The notes under the pieces were generated by a model. The model saw only the letters and a list, made by a program, of their open reading frames with translations. It had not been told where the DNA came from and made no database searches. A stretch of DNA of 57,474 nucleotides, from assembly GCA_030145395.1 (NCBI GenBank), contig JAQYVR010000249.1, positions 1 through 57,474 of the forward strand, read 5' to 3'. A program made the translations under genes and the position numbers. How positions within the stretch are numbered: position 1 is the first letter of the stretch; every line of letters starts with the position of its first letter. Below are positions 54,283-57,474 of this stretch, piece by piece. Source of the DNA: Desulfobacteria bacterium. GTDB lineage: Bacteria > Desulfobacterota > Desulfobacteria > Desulfobacterales > C00003060.

Positions 54283-54786
54283 CTATTCTTCCTTCAGCAT
54301 GTCTGCAAGTCCAGCAAAGGGCTTGTGTGTAGCGAGATCGGTTTGTTCGTCCATGTCCTTGTCTCTTTCACCTTCCACATGATCTATATATCGGCTGTGC
54401 TCATTATCATGGCAATAGATGCATAGGTTCTCCCAGTTGCTCCCGTCGGGAGGATTGTTGTCGTGGTTGTGGTCTTTGTGGTGGACGGTAAGCAGGCGGA
54501 GATTCTTGTGGGTAAAATCCCTGCCACAGCGAGCACATATCCACGGATGGAGTCTCAAGGACCGCTCGCGGTAACCTTTCAGGCGATCCTCCCTGGCCCT
54601 GCGGGCTCGCGCCACAATCTGATGCATCTCCTCCTTGTTCAACTTACCACCCCGCGGTTTATAGTAATTCTCATAAGTATATTCCGTTTTGAACCATTTA
54701 CAAGGAGCCGGCAGGAGGCATCCCTTTTTGAACTCATGGCACTGATTATTTCCTGACACGTACCACAACGGCACTGTCTTCTGCAC
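54283..54786 (-). CDS. yajD: YajD-type HNH nuclease family protein
   Basis: LHPWICARCGRDF...LTVHHKDHNHDNNPPDGSNWENLCIYCHDNEHS matches the YajD pattern. The listed ORF adds about 53 N-terminal residues. An alternative start is ATG 54627. Confidence 0.8.
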   Translation of the reverse strand: MQKTVPLWYVSGNNQCHEFKKGCLLPAPCKWFKTEYTYENYYKPRGGKLNKEEMHQIVARARRAREDRLKGYRERSLRLHPWICARCGRDFTHKNLRLLTVHHKDHNHDNNPPDGSNWENLCIYCHDNEHSRYIDHVEGERDKDMDEQTDLATHKPFAGLADMLKEE

Positions 54787-54900
54787 AGTCTTGACCCATT
54801 TACAAACAGGCTACCAAGCTTATAGGGGTGTTGCGGTGTGCCTAGCCTGTAGAGTTCCGTGCATTATGCTCCAACGAGCGTAGAGGGGGATTGACCTGAT

Positions 54901-54955
54901 TGAAGGTTCCCTGCAGCAAGCTGCAGGGAGCTTCGACTGTAAGGAATTTTACAGT
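54901..54955. repeat. Two-hairpin REP-like element, sequence-divergent copy
   Basis: In TGAAGGTTCCCTGCAGCAAGCTGCAGGGAGCTTC the stem is a perfect 9 bp, TCCCTGCAG/CTGCAGGGA. A second hairpin, ACTGTA...TACAGT, follows. Confidence 0.5.
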
Positions 54956-54996
54956 TCTTAGATTCGCTCGCTAACCCTTCGACAAGCTCAGGGAAT

Positions 54997-55084
54997 GCGC
55001 TCGCTGTTGCAGTTCAAAAAGGGATACCCCCTGACAGCTTAGAAGATTGCCGCAAGCGGAACATATTTTTGAAACCGCTCTATT
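54997..55084. repeat. Copy 3 of the upstream module (GCGCTCGCTGTTGCAGTTCAA ... AGCTTAGAA ... GATTGCCGCAAGCGGAACAT...AAACCGCTCTATT)
   Basis: Block-wise identity with 27172..27275 and, in reverse complement, with 3875..3909. Confidence 0.55.
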
Positions 55085-55362
55085 AGGCCCCGAGCTTTTA
55101 GAGTCCATGATCACCTCACCCCTTCGAGCATTCTCTTCCCTGGGTCGGACCAGACAAACGATGATGAATCAAGTGCACATTTCTGACTTATGTCATGGGT
55201 TGGCGTGCTTTTTGGAAACATCGCAGTGAAAAGCAATACCCCGTTCATTGTTTCGAGACACAAGATGGCATATTGAGTTAACCCTGCTCTATTGATCAAT
55301 ATTGGAAAACAATTGAACAATATAAGAATGTGTGTCAAAAGGCAACTCAAGGGGGACATGTC

Positions 55363-55797
55363 ATGTCCGATAATAACGCCTGGCATTATGCCGGAAAGCA
55401 TGGGGCGAATGCAGTCGTTGATTCTGTGGTTCGGAACGCCGTTTTGAAACGGGCTCCCAAAGGGGAACTTCCGTGCGCGGTTGCATTTGAGGTGGCAAAG
55501 GAGCTCAGGGTCCTGCCGGATGCCGTGGGCCGGGCCGCCGACCTGCTGGAACTGCGGCTGGTGAAATGCCAACTGGGCCTGTTCGGATATCGCCCTCAGA
55601 AGAGCATTGTGAAGCCTGCCGTCTCTGTGTCTCAGGGACTGGAGGAGGCGATCTTAGAGGGTCTCATAAACGATCGCTTGCCCTGCAAGACCGCCTGGGA
55701 CATCGCCGAACAGCTTCGCATTCAAAGGATGAGGATCAGTGGCGCGTGTGACACCCTGGGCATCAAAATAAAACCTTGTCAGCTTGGAGCTTTTTAG
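55363..55797 (+). CDS. Hypothetical protein built from two copies of an LPC...CQLG(L/A)F module
   Basis: 144 aa from ATG 55363, with the SD GGGGGA 8 nt upstream. The repeats are LPCAVAFEVAKEL...LVKCQLGLF and LPCKTAWDIAEQL...IKPCQLGAF. Confidence 0.55.
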   Translation: MSDNNAWHYAGKHGANAVVDSVVRNAVLKRAPKGELPCAVAFEVAKELRVLPDAVGRAADLLELRLVKCQLGLFGYRPQKSIVKPAVSVSQGLEEAILEGLINDRLPCKTAWDIAEQLRIQRMRISGACDTLGIKIKPCQLGAF

Positions 55798-55919
55798 TCA
55801 GCCGCTGACAGGACTCTTCGTCCTGCGGATGTATTGATTTCGCTAACCGCGTTTGTTCATGTTTTGATGCATAAAAACGGAGCCTAACATCCCTTCAGGG
55901 CAAAAAGGAGGAATGCACA

Positions 55920-56549
55920 ATGTGGAAAAAAGCCTTTCCCGATTCCAAGCTGTTCATCGCACTAGCCAGTTTGTCATTTCTTGTTCTTCTTGGTTCAAGC
56001 CAGGCAGCTGAATTCTCTGCGGACATGGTCCAAACAATGCCTCACGGGGTACAAAAAGGCAAAATCTTTGTTAAAGGAAACGACTTCAGGCAGGAAATGG
56101 ACATGCGGGGTGAGAAACAGATCACAATTTTCAGGCAGGATAAAGGTGTTGTCTGGGTCCTGATGCCGGAAGCCAAGATGTACATGGAGATGTCTAGTGC
56201 TGCACAAGCCGAGAATCTTCCTCAAGTAGATCAACAACAAATTGAGCAAATGGCTGAGAAGAAATATCTGGGCAAAGAAACAGTGAACGGATATGCTTGT
56301 GAGACTTACCAGTATATCTACCACGATAAATCTATGGGTACCATGACCCATTGGTTTTCAAAGAAGCTCAACTTCCCCATTAAAATGGATATGCAGGGCT
56401 CGTCTGGCAATATGACGACTGAATACAAGAACATAAGCGAAAAGAGCCCTTCAAATGCATTGTTTGAGATACCCGCCGGTTATCAGAAAATGGGCATGCC
56501 GGGTATGATGCCGGGTATGGAAGGGATCATGGACCGCATGCACAGATAG
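55920..56549 (+). CDS. Secreted LolA-like/DUF4412-like protein with Met-rich C-terminus
   Basis: It has a signal peptide ending SSQA|AE, a beta-rich body and the tail MGMPGMMPGMEGIMDRM. Confidence 0.55.
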   Translation: MWKKAFPDSKLFIALASLSFLVLLGSSQAAEFSADMVQTMPHGVQKGKIFVKGNDFRQEMDMRGEKQITIFRQDKGVVWVLMPEAKMYMEMSSAAQAENLPQVDQQQIEQMAEKKYLGKETVNGYACETYQYIYHDKSMGTMTHWFSKKLNFPIKMDMQGSSGNMTTEYKNISEKSPSNALFEIPAGYQKMGMPGMMPGMEGIMDRMHR

Positions 56550-56587
56550 GATGGGTCGTGCATAACTCGAAGAGCTATTAACGCATT

Positions 56588-57463
56588 GTGAACTGGTTTG
56601 TCCTATCCATAGGCTGCGCCTACTTCATGTCCACGTCTGAGACTCTGTCAAAGCTTCTGATGCAGGACAATGACGAGTGGACGACAGGCACAGCCATGAT
56701 AGCCCTGGCGCTCCCTTTCCTCCTACCCCTACTGGTCGGAAGGGGTACTCTCCCGCTAAGTCGTGATCTTATACTCCTGATAGCTATACAGATACCCTTT
56801 GAAATCCTCGCCTATTACGTGTATCTCAGTGCAATCAGGGCAGCACCCTTGTCTCTCAGCGTCCCTTATTTGAGCTTTACCCCTGTCTTTACCATCCTGA
56901 CAGCCGCCCTTCTGTTACAAGAAAGCATATCAGGTCAGGGTTTCCTCGGCATACTCACGGTCACAATCGGTGCCTACGTGTTGAACATCGAACACTTGGC
57001 CCATCATCCCCTTGCCCCGTTGAAGGCGATCTTCAAAACTTCCGGCTCCAGACGTATGCTTGTGGTGGCCCTGATCTGGAGCCTGACTTCTACCCTGGGG
57101 AAAAAGGGCGTCCAGCTTTCTGACCCTATGTTCTTCGGGGTCTTCTATATGACAGCCTTGTCAATTCCCATGCTGTCCATTGCAGGCTGGCGCATCAAGC
57201 GTGGCACTGCAACGGTCAACCTCAAAGGCAGAAATTCGATATGGTTTATGCTGGGGGGGCTGGCTACAGCACTGAGTATAGTAGCCCACTTTCACGCCAT
57301 CCAACTAGCTCCGGTATCCTACATGATCTCTGTCAAGAGAACCAGCCTGATCTTCAGCGTCCTGTATGGCGGTCTGATATTCAAGGAAGAGCATATCAGG
57401 CGCAGACTTCTGGGTACCAGCATCATGTTATCGGGTGTCGTGATTCTCTACCTGACGTCGTAG
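56588..57463 (+). CDS. EamA/DMT-family transporter (GTG start)
   Basis: 291 aa, about ten hydrophobic segments and duplicated EamA-like halves. Confidence 0.8.
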   Translation: MNWFVLSIGCAYFMSTSETLSKLLMQDNDEWTTGTAMIALALPFLLPLLVGRGTLPLSRDLILLIAIQIPFEILAYYVYLSAIRAAPLSLSVPYLSFTPVFTILTAALLLQESISGQGFLGILTVTIGAYVLNIEHLAHHPLAPLKAIFKTSGSRRMLVVALIWSLTSTLGKKGVQLSDPMFFGVFYMTALSIPMLSIAGWRIKRGTATVNLKGRNSIWFMLGGLATALSIVAHFHAIQLAPVSYMISVKRTSLIFSVLYGGLIFKEEHIRRRLLGTSIMLSGVVILYLTS

Positions 57464-57474
57464 AGGTCTTATGA

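Overview
This 57.5-kb chromosomal window looks like part of a sulfate-reducing Desulfobacterota (deltaproteobacterial) genome. Recognisable content, in order: pyrR; a dsrC / yjbQ / siroheme-decarboxylase-like / nitrilase block; cspA; def; two YkgJ-type Cys-cluster genes; the dissimilatory sulfite reductase operon dsrA-dsrB-dsrD-dsrN, with a convergent tetraheme cytochrome c3 and tatB-tatC. Next come tRNA-Leu(CAA) with a decayed integrase stub, then a PilZ / Cys-rich peptide / type IV pilin trio; an AmmeMemoRadiSam-type radical SAM gene overlapping a methyltransferase gene by ATGA; ssb; and tatA. A 14-gene type II secretion cluster (gspF-G-H-I-J-K-L-M-N-C-exeA-gspB-like-gspD-gspE) spans 27.7-43.3 kb. 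It is followed by mscS, rarA, der, trpB2, a TPR/PBP1 LpoA-like protein, waaA, yajD and an EamA transporter. I saw no CRISPR array, rRNA, intact transposase or obvious defence/toxin cassette. Six signals are not explained by the ORF track. (1) A 29-codon leader ORF with three consecutive Trp codons, plus a terminator/antiterminator relay, lies upstream of trpB2 and looks like a classical attenuator. (2) An in-frame TGA splits the conserved N-terminus of waaA. (3) A MITE-like repeat family with terminal inverted repeats (five copies) abuts gene ends. (4) A two-hairpin REP-like family has six copies, two of them inside the trpB2 leader. (5) A shared upstream module carries an ATGTTCCG/CGGAACAT core whose orientation differs between loci. 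(6) There are young in-frame tandem duplications inside exeA, the gspB-like gene and gspD. All functional calls come from reading the translated ORFs and motifs by eye; no database search was run.
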